From: a bacterium
GTDB taxonomy: Bacteria > UBA8248
Assembly (NCBI GenBank): GCA_963692865.2
Contig: OY843592.1
Location: 224,001-288,000, forward strand
Reading direction: 5' to 3'
Length of the DNA: 64,000 bases
Shown here in pieces: positions 30,489-38,943 of this stretch (the stretch's first letter is position 1; the number at the start of each line of letters is the position of its first letter). The notes beneath the pieces were generated by a model. The model saw nothing but the letters and a program-made list of their open reading frames with translations, was not told the origin of the DNA and ran no database searches. The position numbers and the translations under genes were made by a program.

Positions 30489-30944
30489 ATGATGAATCTC
30501 ACCATACGCCCCGCCACCATTGAGGACGCAGAAACGATCGTCCAGTTCAACATCGAGATGGCCCTGGAGAGTGAAAATCTGAGCCTGGAGCCCGAGAAAG
30601 TCCGCCGGGGCGTGGAAAAACCCCTCGCCGACCCTTCGCTGGGACGATATTACCTCGCGCACCGGGACGATGAGATTTTAGGGCAAATTCAGGTGACTCT
30701 GGAGTGGAGCGACTGGAACGACGCCGAGTATTGGTGGATTCAGAACGTCTATGTCGTTCCATCGGCGAGAAGACAGGGCATCTACAGGGCCTTGCACCAC
30801 CACGTCAAGAATCTCGCGGAAGCGGCGGGAGCTTGCCGCCTGCAGCTATACGTCGACGCGGAAAACGCGGCGGCCCAGGCGGTATACAAGAAGCTGAACA
30901 TGGAGCAAAGCAATTATCTGATTTTCGAGCAAATGGAAGATTAA
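30489..30944 (+). CDS. GNAT N-acetyltransferase
   Basis: IRPAT, WIQNVYV..ARRQGIY, N..AQAVYKKL. Confidence 0.9.
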   Translation: MMNLTIRPATIEDAETIVQFNIEMALESENLSLEPEKVRRGVEKPLADPSLGRYYLAHRDDEILGQIQVTLEWSDWNDAEYWWIQNVYVVPSARRQGIYRALHHHVKNLAEAAGACRLQLYVDAENAAAQAVYKKLNMEQSNYLIFEQMED

Positions 30945-30983
30945 CCGGAAAGGTGAAAAAACTCTCTTGAGCGTGCCCGGAGA

Positions 30984-31463
30984 TCAGCGGCCCTCTTGAT
31001 TTCTCTTGAGCGGGATGACATCCGCGGGTTTTTGCGAATCCTCCCGGCGGCGTCCCCGCCAGGAGGAAGGCCAAACATACCGTACGCGCCACAGGGTTCT
31101 GGCCGCTCCTCCCACCGCCCAAGCGAGCGTGCTGCCCGCGTCCCGCGTTCTTTTTCCCAGCGAGCGAAACGCTTTCTTGCCGCCTTCTTCTCCGATCGAG
31201 ACGAGGCGCGAGGTCGCCTCCTTCGCCGCGCCGATGGGCCGGAGGGCTTGCGCGATCGCCTGGCGCAAAACCCACTTCATCATCAGGCAAAACACGATGG
31301 ACAGAGCGAAAAAGACGCCCAGCACCTTGAGTCCCCGGGCGGGCTCATCCACAATCATCACGCTCATCTGGGCAATGCCGTAAAACGCCAGGGCCATGAT
31401 GCCCAGACAGACGGCCACGGCCCCTCCCGAACGCACTATCAACCGCAAAATGCCAAACATCAT
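30984..31463 (-). CDS. Hypothetical membrane protein (2 TM)
   Basis: Two hydrophobic segments and an RBS-like GGAG; no family recognised. Confidence 0.55.
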   Translation of the reverse strand: MMFGILRLIVRSGGAVAVCLGIMALAFYGIAQMSVMIVDEPARGLKVLGVFFALSIVFCLMMKWVLRQAIAQALRPIGAAKEATSRLVSIGEEGGKKAFRSLGKRTRDAGSTLAWAVGGAARTLWRVRYVWPSSWRGRRREDSQKPADVIPLKRNQEGR

Positions 31464-31639
31464 CGTCTCCGAAAGTCCACCGGCGCGTGAAATGCTCCTG
31501 GTTCATCGAGAATACCGCAATTGCGAAACCAAAATCCAGCGCGGGCGTTTCAACTCCCAGGAGATGTTTCCGTTGACGCGCGCAACCTCTCGTTTTATGT
31601 TCACTACCCCGTAAGGAAACATCATGGAGGAGCGGCAAA

Positions 31640-32923
31640 TTGTTCGACATTCGCCTCATCAGAAACGACCCCGAAGCGGTGGCGCGCGCGCTCGCGCGAA
31701 GGGGCGGCGACTGGAACCTCTCAGGCTTACTGGAAATCGACGCCCGGAGGCGGGATTTGACCCACCGGGTCGAAAGCCGGGTGGCTGACGTGAGAAGGCG
31801 CAGCAAGAAAATCGGTGAACTCAAGCGCAACAAGGCGTCCGATGAGGAGGTGCAGGCGTTTCTGGCCGAAAACCAGCGCTTGACGGCCGAGGCCAAATCC
31901 ATGGAGGGTGAACTCGGAGAACTCGAACAACGACAAAACGATTTCCTCCTGGAACTACCCAACACGCCGCATGAGACCACCCCTGACGGCCAAAGCGCGG
32001 AAGACAACGCCCTGGTGAGGGTCTGGGGCGAGAAACCGGCGTTTGATTTCGCGCCCAGAGCGCATGACGAACTGGGCGAAGCGCTGGGGATTCTGGACAT
32101 GAAGCGCGCCGTCAAGATAGCGGGCGCGCGGTTTGCGCTCTACCGGGGGGCGGGCGCGCTTCTCGAGCGCGCCCTCATCAACTTCATGCTCGACCTGCAC
32201 ACGAACGAACACGGCTACACCGAGTGGCTCCCGCCGTTCATGGTGAACCCCGAGGCCATGACGGGTACGGGCCAGTTGCCCAAATTCGAGGAAGACCTCT
32301 TCCGCGTCGATGACGGGAAATTCTACCTCATCCCCACCGCCGAGGTGCCCGTCACGAACATCCACCGGGAGGAAATCCTCAGCGGCGAGGAATTGCCCCT
32401 CAAGTACACGGCCCATACGCCCTGTTTCAGGAGCGAGGCCGGCTCCTACGGCCAGGACACGCGCGGCCTCATCCGCCAGCACCAGTTCAACAAGGTCGAG
32501 CTCGTGAAGTTCAGCCGGCCCGAGACGAGCTACGAGGAATTGGAGACCCTCACCGCCGACGCCGAGGAAGTCCTGAGGCGCCTGGGACTCCACTACCGCG
32601 TCGTCGCGCTGTGCGCGGGAGACCTGGGTTTTTCCGCCGCCAAGACCTACGACATCGAGGTCTGGGTGCCGTCCCAGAACGCCTACCGGGAGATTTCCTC
32701 GTGCAGCAACTTCGAGGACTTCCAGGCCAGACGCGCCGGCATCCGCTACCGTCCCGGGGCGGGCGCCAGGCCCGGGTTCCTCCACACCCTGAACGGCTCG
32801 GGGCTGGCGGTCGGCCGGACCGTGGTGGCGATTCTGGAGAACTTCCAGCGCGCCGACGGCTCCGTGGAAGTGCCCGAAGCCTTGCGCCCCTACATGGGCG
32901 GAACCGCCTCCATTTCGGCCTGA
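31640..32923 (+). CDS. serS: Serine--tRNA ligase
   Basis: [37 protein letters not shown]; TTG start. Confidence 0.98.
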   Translation: MFDIRLIRNDPEAVARALARRGGDWNLSGLLEIDARRRDLTHRVESRVADVRRRSKKIGELKRNKASDEEVQAFLAENQRLTAEAKSMEGELGELEQRQNDFLLELPNTPHETTPDGQSAEDNALVRVWGEKPAFDFAPRAHDELGEALGILDMKRAVKIAGARFALYRGAGALLERALINFMLDLHTNEHGYTEWLPPFMVNPEAMTGTGQLPKFEEDLFRVDDGKFYLIPTAEVPVTNIHREEILSGEELPLKYTAHTPCFRSEAGSYGQDTRGLIRQHQFNKVELVKFSRPETSYEELETLTADAEEVLRRLGLHYRVVALCAGDLGFSAAKTYDIEVWVPSQNAYREISSCSNFEDFQARRAGIRYRPGAGARPGFLHTLNGSGLAVGRTVVAILENFQRADGSVEVPEALRPYMGGTASISA

Positions 32924-32965
32924 AACATCGCAACCTCAATAAAATCAAAGGTATAAATTTCCAGG

Positions 32966-33015
32966 AATTTATCGAAAAACATCGTGAATTTATCCGAATT
33001 TATACAATTTTTCAG
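32966..33015 (+). repeat. AT-rich dispersed repeat core, copy A
   Basis: AATTTATCGAAAAACATCGTGAATTTATCCGAATTTATACAATTTTTCAG; 49/50 identical to 45214-45263, with a diverged inverted copy at ~16630-16685. Confidence 0.85.
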
Positions 33016-33461
33016 GAATTCAGGGCGGGGGGGGCTTCGTTCCGCATTCAGGGCGCTCCGCCGTTTCGCCGTCCCTGTGGGCGTCGCGTTTTCCCGCCTT
33101 GCCCGAGCGCATGAGAACCTCCTCCTCGCGTCGGATTCTGCCGCATCCGGGCGAGAGCGCGATGACGGCAAATGCGGGGAGATGCGCGCCGCCGGACCGG
33201 CTCGGGACGAGGGGGCGTTGAAAAAATCCGTCTATCCCCGGTCGGCGGCGTGATGATCCCGTAGCCGTCGCAGAGGCCTCCGCGCCCGTCCTGATTCCGG
33301 CCGTCCCGCAAAAGGACAACCCCGGGGGGTTGTCCTGCCACTGCTGCGCCGCCATTCCTCCTTTATCGGACTTTTTCGGCAACTCCGGCAGAAATTGCCG
33401 CTTCGATCACCGCCACGAGCCGGGTGTTTTCACCGCCCCGAGCGGCCGCCGCATCGGCCTC

Positions 33462-33550
33462 GTCCCGGGTAGCGGCGCCGCCGCGTATCGAAGGGCGAAA
33501 TGCGCTCCCCATCCTTCGATACGGCGCTTACGCGCCTACTCAGGATGAGG
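33462..33550. repeat. Palindromic repeat family CCTTCGATACG...CTACTCAGGATGAGG
   Basis: Inverted pair here; related copies at ~35007-35047, ~35090-35128 and ~53902-54018. Confidence 0.75.
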
Positions 33551-33630
33551 ATTTGGGGACGCCGGGATGAGGGTGTCAAAGGCGCCCGCTCCCAGTACCG
33601 GGTTTTTCAACAGCCCCCTTCGGGACGGAT

Positions 33631-33660
33631 TTGACGAAGCGCCCGTTCTCTTTCTATATT
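33631..33660 (+). promoter_or_regulatory. Sigma70-like promoter (duplicated at 34181-34210)
   Basis: TTGACG-18 nt-TATATT in both copies. Confidence 0.6.
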
Positions 33661-33709
33661 CATGGTTGTCCAATGCGAGGAGAGGACCCTTATCCAAGGG
33701 AGAGAACGC

Positions 33710-34147
33710 ATGACGACGTATGAACGCCTGAACCTCGCCATTGGTTTCCTCAACCTCCTCGCCTCCTACGGCGGTCTGGCCCTCATCTACTACGGCATCC
33801 GCGTCATGGACCGCAATGCGGGGCAGCGCGCGGCGGATTCGGAGCGCAAGCACGCGCAGACGATGACGGAATCCGAGCGCAGACACAACGAAGCCATGGC
33901 GGAATCCGAGCGCAAACACGAAGAGTCGATGCGCAGGCACGACGAAGCCATGGCGGAATCCCGGCGCAGGGAGGAAGAGTCCAAACGCAGGCACGAAGAG
34001 AGGATGGCGGACCTCGCCGAAAGCCGCGCCTCCCTGCGCGAACTCATCGACGGGCAGGCGGAAAGCCGGGCCTCGCTGCGCGAGTTGATCGCCGGGCAGG
34101 AGGAGAGCCGGGCTTCGTTTCGCGAATTCATCGAACGAACCAGATAA
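33710..34147 (+). CDS. Small membrane-anchored coiled-coil protein with 11-aa repeats, copy 1
   Basis: N-terminal TM segment (LLASYGGLALIYYGI) followed by (A/T)ESER(K/R)H.E.M repeats. Confidence 0.75.
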   Translation: MTTYERLNLAIGFLNLLASYGGLALIYYGIRVMDRNAGQRAADSERKHAQTMTESERRHNEAMAESERKHEESMRRHDEAMAESRRREEESKRRHEERMADLAESRASLRELIDGQAESRASLRELIAGQEESRASFREFIERTR

Positions 34148-34258
34148 TCGAAACCTCCCTCTCCCCCCTTCGGGACGGATTTGACGAAATAGCCGTTCTC
34201 TTTTTATATTCATGGTTGTTCAATGCGAGGGAGGACCCTTTCCCAAGGGAGAGGACGA

Positions 34259-34549
34259 ATGACGACGTATGAATACCTGAACCTCATCGCTTCCTACGGC
34301 GGTCTGGCCCTCATCTACTACGGCATCCGCGTCATGGACCGCAATGCTGGCCAGCGCGCGGCGGATTCGGAGCGCAAGCACGCGCAGACGATGACGGAAT
34401 CCGAGCGCAGGCACAACGAAGCCATGACCGAATCCGAGCGCAAACACGATGAAGCCATGGCGGAATCCCGGCGCAGGGAGGAAGAGTCCAAACGCAGGCA
34501 TGACGAGTCGATGACCGCCCTGCGCGAACTCATCGAGCGAACCAGGTAA
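34259..34549 (+). CDS. Small membrane-anchored coiled-coil protein, tandem paralog copy 2
   Basis: Near-identical to copy 1, with fewer repeats. Confidence 0.75.
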   Translation: MTTYEYLNLIASYGGLALIYYGIRVMDRNAGQRAADSERKHAQTMTESERRHNEAMTESERKHDEAMAESRRREEESKRRHDESMTALRELIERTR

Positions 34550-34751
34550 TCCATTCCGGCCGGCCAAGACCCCATACGCCCCGGCCCGCAGCGGCAGCCC
34601 CTCATCGGGGCCGCCCCGCGCTGTCCCTGCCGTCGTGCGCGGAACCCTCTCCCGCATCAATCCGCATCACCAATCGGGATTGACCTCCCCGCTCGGGATT
34701 GATTAAAAACCCCTCCGGGCCGTGCTAGAATGGCGGAAGCGGCCCTTTCGC

Positions 34752-34837
34752 GGAGGGATGGCCGAGCGGCCGAAGGCGGTGGTCTTGAAAACCACTGAGC
34801 GAAAGCTCCGGGGGTTCGAATCCCTCTCCCTCCGCCA
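34752..34837 (+). tRNA. tRNA-Ser (anticodon TGA)
   Basis: GGAGGGA acceptor stem; anticodon arm GTGGT-CTTGAAA-ACCAC; long variable arm; GTTCGAATC; encoded CCA. Confidence 0.95.
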
Positions 34838-35262
34838 TTTCATCCGGGCGGGCCTGGTGGACGCCCGGCTTCGCCGTCGCCTTACATGCCGCACTCCCGT
34901 CTTCGCCCGTTGCGTCCCCCCCTCCACAGGGGCCTTCATACGGGCGCCAGGGAACGTCCGGTTCCTCCCATACGTTTTAACGGTGGCGGAGCCGACTGTA
35001 CGCGCATCCCTCGATACGGCGCGCAAGCGCGCCTACTCGGGATGAGGAGAATTTTTCGTATCCCTCACTCCGAGCAACCGCTTCACTCCCCTCACCCCGA
35101 GTAGCGGCGAAGCCGCGTATCGAAGGGCAGTTCCGACTGAAAAAGGACGAACCGCAGCATTCCCGAGCCCGTCGAAGGGCGCCCGCGCGCCGCGAGGGGC
35201 CGGTTTCCCGAAGGGCGTATGGCCCCCGCGCCGGGTTGTGGTATACAATGGCGGCCCCTCGC

Positions 35263-35354
35263 GGAGAGATGGCCGAGTGGCTGAAGGCGCTCGCCTGCTA
35301 AGCGAGTAGGCTGGGAAACCGGCCTCGAGGGTTCGAATCCCTCTCTCTCCGCCA
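35263..35354 (+). tRNA. tRNA-Ser (anticodon GCT)
   Basis: GGAGAGA acceptor stem; CTCGC-CTGCTAA-GCGAG; long variable arm; encoded CCA. Confidence 0.95.
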
Positions 35355-35439
35355 TTTTCATGCGGGCGGGCCGGTGAGACGCCCGAGTTTCTCCGCAGCC
35401 GCGACGAGAATTCCCTTCGTCGTTCTTTGCGAAACCCGA

Positions 35440-35703
35440 TTACGCCGCCGACTCCCGAGCGAGGCGCGCCCGCGCCAGATCGTATGCGGCCTGCCTTCTC
35501 ATCCAGAACTCGGCGTTGCTCCAGCCGACCCGCTCCAGGGCCAGAGCCATCTCCGGCGAAACGCCGATGCGGCCGTTCACGAGGCGCGAGAGCGTGTTTC
35601 GCGTCACGCCGATCCGCTTGGCGGCGTCCGTCACCGTCCATCCGGCGGCCTCCAAGGCCTCACGGATGCTCTCGCCGGGATGCGTCGGGTTGAGCATGGA
35701 CAT
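35440..35703 (-). CDS. higA: HigA-family antitoxin (HTH)
   Basis: HPGESIRE...AAKRIGVTRNTLSRLVNG...FWMRRQAAYDL. Confidence 0.92.
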   Translation of the reverse strand: MSMLNPTHPGESIREALEAAGWTVTDAAKRIGVTRNTLSRLVNGRIGVSPEMALALERVGWSNAEFWMRRQAAYDLARARLARESAA

Positions 35704-35715
35704 CGGGGAGCCCTC

Positions 35716-35996
35716 CTAATGGTAGTCGATCAAGTCCACATCGACGGCTTCGCCGTCGACGAAGCGAAAGATGATCCGCCAATTGGCGGAAACGCGCATA
35801 CTCCAATAACCACGCATGTCGCCGGTCATTGGATGCAGGCGATAACCGGGCCAGTCCAGGTCGCGGGGTTGCCTCGCCGAATCCAAGTCGGACAACATGC
35901 GGCGGATGCGCCCGAGATGCTCGGGATTCAACAAACGAGCGTCGTCGCGCTCGTACAACCGCCGCAGTCCCTTGTGCCCTTGTGCGCAAGCCTCAT
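35716..35996 (-). pseudogene. higB: HigB/RelE-family toxin, probably frameshifted by an 8-bp duplication
   Basis: HKGLRRLYE...YRLHPMTG...WSMRVSANWRIIFRF...DYH. CCTTGTGC is duplicated at 35970-35985; deleting one copy restores MRLAHKGLRRLYE from ATG 35996. Confidence 0.75.
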
Positions 35997-36204
35997 GTCT
36001 GAATTTTCGCATGATACACGATATGTTGCAATCGAGATTTGCGCTGGCCCGCCTGGAGACCATGCGCAGCCGGGCCGGGGACGCGGCGCGAACCGTCCAC
36101 GTTCGAGAGCGACAGGACGAAAAGCTGAAATACTCCCACATAAGTGGTAGAGTAGTTCTCACCCGCGCCGCCTCGTTTCCCCGGCCGCCCATAGAGAGAA
36201 CGCG

Positions 36205-36675
36205 ATGCGCCCCAACTTCTTTCGCCTGGAAGCGACCCAGCGGCTCCCCATCGGGCCGGACGACGCCTGGGCGTTCTTCTCGAACCCGCGCAACCTCGCG
36301 GAGATCACCCCGTCCGAGCTCCGCCTCGTCGTGGAGAACGAGCTCCCCGAGAAGATGCACCCCGGAACCCTCATCTGCTACCGGGTGAAGCCCCTGCTGG
36401 GGATTCCGGTGCACTGGGTAACGGAGATCACGCACGTGGAGGAGGGCCGCCTCTTCGTGGACGAGCAGCGCTTCGGCCCCTACCGCTTCTGGCACCACCA
36501 GCACCACTTCCAGGAGATAGAAGGAGGCGTCGAGATGCGCGACGTTATCCACTACAAGCTGCCGCTGGGGCCGTTGTCGTTCCTGCTCGACAGCTTCGTG
36601 GTGAGCCGCCAACTGGACCGCATCTTCTCCTACCGCGAAGAGGCGCTCTCGCGGCGCTTCGGGCGGATGGATTGA
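36205..36675 (+). CDS. SRPBCC-family protein
   Basis: WAFFSNPRNLAEITP, FVDEQRFGPYRFWHHQH. Confidence 0.88.
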   Translation: MRPNFFRLEATQRLPIGPDDAWAFFSNPRNLAEITPSELRLVVENELPEKMHPGTLICYRVKPLLGIPVHWVTEITHVEEGRLFVDEQRFGPYRFWHHQHHFQEIEGGVEMRDVIHYKLPLGPLSFLLDSFVVSRQLDRIFSYREEALSRRFGRMD

Positions 36676-36797
36676 AATCGCCTCGTTTTCAGGATAAGAA
36701 TGCGGCGCGCCGCCGGACATCAGACGCCCGCGCGGGTTCGCCTCGCGCGCGCCGTCCGGGAGCCCGCTCTTCTTCATACGCCGTACGGAGACACGCA

Positions 36798-37628
36798 ATG
36801 AAAATCATCCTCGCAGTCGCTTTCTCGATCCTCACGGCTTCCGCCTCCTTCGCGCAGGAGATCGTCAAGGAGAAACCCGCCAACCCGGTACTCCTGATGA
36901 AGACGAACTTCGGCGACGTATACGTCGAGATGTTCCCCGAGGAGGCGCCCCGGACGGTGGCGAACTTCATGGGCCTCGCCATGGGGGAGCGCGTCTTCGT
37001 CGACCCTAAGACGAAGAAGAAGGTGAAGCGCCCCTTCTACGACGGGCTGACGTTTCACCGCGTCATCAAGAAGTTCATGATCCAGGGGGGCGACCCCAGG
37101 GGAAACGGAACCGGCGGGCCCGGCTACAGCTTCGAGGACGAGATCAACGCCGACGCCCTCGGCCTGCACGAGATGAAGGCCGTCAAGGACGGCCGCCCCC
37201 ACGCCTTCCTGCCCATCAGGAGCCAGAGCGATTTCCAGCGCACCCTGGTGCGCCCCCTGTTCGAGAAGATGGGCATCCGCTCCCAGGCCGACCTCGACAA
37301 GCGCATGGCGGAAGTCCGAAAGCGCCTCGCCGCCCTCACCTTGAAGGACGCCTACGAGAACATGGGCTACCGCTTCAACGCGAAGCTCAAGTCGCGCCCG
37401 CCCGTGAAGGGCGCGCTCGCGATGGCGAACTCGGGCCCCGGCACGAACGGCTCGCAGTTCTTCATCAACCTCGTCGACACCCCCTGGCTCACCGGCAAGC
37501 ACACGGTCTTCGGCAAGGTGGTCAAGGGCATGGACGTGGTGGAGAAAATCGGAGAGACGCCCGTGGGGGCGGGAAGCATGCCCAAGGAAGCGGTGCGCAT
37601 CATCTCGATACGGCTTCACGCTCCCTGA
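36798..37628 (+). CDS. Exported cyclophilin-type peptidyl-prolyl isomerase with internal insertion
   Basis: Signal peptide; FHRVIKKFMIQGGDP, LAMANSGPGTNGSQFFI, KHTVFGKV. Confidence 0.93.
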   Translation: MKIILAVAFSILTASASFAQEIVKEKPANPVLLMKTNFGDVYVEMFPEEAPRTVANFMGLAMGERVFVDPKTKKKVKRPFYDGLTFHRVIKKFMIQGGDPRGNGTGGPGYSFEDEINADALGLHEMKAVKDGRPHAFLPIRSQSDFQRTLVRPLFEKMGIRSQADLDKRMAEVRKRLAALTLKDAYENMGYRFNAKLKSRPPVKGALAMANSGPGTNGSQFFINLVDTPWLTGKHTVFGKVVKGMDVVEKIGETPVGAGSMPKEAVRIISIRLHAP

Positions 37629-37724
37629 TTTTCTTGGGAAAGCAACAGGGCGGCGCGCTCACCAGACAACGCTCTCGGGGCTGTTGAAAAAGTCCCCCTG
37701 AGGCGGTGGGGGTACGATGGTTTT

Positions 37725-37754
37725 GTAGGGGCGGACACGCAGGTCCTACCCTAC
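37725..37754. repeat. GTAG-type REP-like palindrome
   Basis: GTAGGGGCGGAC...CCTAC; related units at 45744-45768, 60706-60730 and ~43362-43386. Confidence 0.6.
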
Positions 37755-37883
37755 GGAACCCCTGAGAATCGAAACGAGGCGTAGTGACAGCCCCTCCTCG
37801 GGGCTGTCCCACAAGTCGCGACTTGTCCCTACCAAAACACAATCGCTCCTTCATCAGTCGCGATTGACCCGTCACACGTAAGG

Positions 37884-38492
37884 CTACATCTCCCGGCGGC
37901 CTTCGAGAGAGCGGGTGAGCGTCATCTCGTCCGCGTATTCGAGATGGCTGCCCATGGGGAGGCCGTGGGCCAGTTGGGTGACGCGCACGCCGAGGGGCTT
38001 GAGCGCGTGGGCGAGATAGAGCGAGGTTCCCTCCCCCGCCATGTTGGGGTTCAGGGCCAGGATCACCTCGCGCACCCCGCCGCCCTTCACGCGCTCGATG
38101 AGCCCTGCGATGGTGAGGTCCTCGGGCTCCACGCCGTCCAGGGGGGATATGACGCCCATCAGCACGTGGTAGCGGCCCTTCACGCCGCCCGCGCGCTCGA
38201 CGGCGAACACGTCGGCGGGCTCCTCCACCACGCAGATGACGCTCGGGTCGCGCGCGCCGCAGACGGCGCAGTCCGCCCCGCCCGCCTCGCCCTCCACGAG
38301 CATCGAACACGTGCCGCACAGGCCCACCTTCTCGTGAAGCGCCCCGCACGAGGCGGCGATTGCGCCCGCGGCCTCGGGGTCCTTGCCGAGCAGATGGAAG
38401 ACGATTCGCTGCGCGCTCTTGGGGCCCACCCCCGGCAGGCGGCGGAACGCCTCGATGCACTCCTCGATGGCGGGAAACCGGTCAGGCTGCAT
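37884..38492 (-). CDS. recR: Recombination protein RecR
   Basis: LPGVGPKSAQR HhH, C4 zinc finger, Toprim VVEEPADV, LEYADE. Confidence 0.96.
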   Translation of the reverse strand: MQPDRFPAIEECIEAFRRLPGVGPKSAQRIVFHLLGKDPEAAGAIAASCGALHEKVGLCGTCSMLVEGEAGGADCAVCGARDPSVICVVEEPADVFAVERAGGVKGRYHVLMGVISPLDGVEPEDLTIAGLIERVKGGGVREVILALNPNMAGEGTSLYLAHALKPLGVRVTQLAHGLPMGSHLEYADEMTLTRSLEGRREM

Positions 38493-38595
38493 GGCGTTCT
38501 CTCACTCGCGTCTCAGGCGGCGGCCCGGAACGGCGATGAAGGCGATACGGTTCCAGACGCGAAAACGACGGGCGGCGCGGAGGCCGCGCGCCGGT

Positions 38596-38913
38596 TCAGA
38601 ACAGGCCGGGGACCGGCAGGCCCCCGGTGAGCTTCTTCATCTCCTCGGACATCATGTCCTTCCCTTTCCGGGACGCCTCGTTGCACGCGGCGCGCACCAG
38701 GTCCTCCAGCATCTCCACGTCGTCGGGGTCGACCACCTGCGGGTCTATCTTCACCGACACCACGTCGCCCGCTCCGTTGGCGGTCACGCTCACCATGCCG
38801 CCGCCCGAAGAAGCCTCCACCGTCTTCGCCGCCATCTCCTCCTGGAGCTTGGCCATCTTGTCCTGAAGCTGGCGCGCCTGTTTCATCAAACCGCCGATGC
38901 CGCCTTTCAACAT
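38596..38913 (-). CDS. ybaB: YbaB/EbfC nucleoid-associated protein
   Basis: MKQARQLQ, SGGGMVSV, DVEMLEDL; dnaX-ybaB-recR synteny. Confidence 0.95.
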   Translation of the reverse strand: MLKGGIGGLMKQARQLQDKMAKLQEEMAAKTVEASSGGGMVSVTANGAGDVVSVKIDPQVVDPDDVEMLEDLVRAACNEASRKGKDMMSEEMKKLTGGLPVPGLF

Positions 38914-38943
38914 GAGAATCTCCCCGTGTATGCCTCTCGCCGC

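Noticed and set aside
34752-34837. tRNA with 'TGA' as tRNA-Sec or an opal suppressor
   Set aside because: Anticodon TGA reads UCA (Ser). tRNA-Sec needs anticodon TCA and an 8-bp acceptor stem; this is a normal 7-bp tRNA-Ser.
34752-36100. Prophage or integrative element at the tRNA-Ser genes
   Set aside because: No integrase, phage genes or duplicated tRNA 3' end (att) beyond the two tRNAs themselves.
35716-36798. 360-aa ORF as a large toxin fusion
   Set aside because: Only the last ~90 codons are HigB-like; the rest is antisense to the SRPBCC gene.
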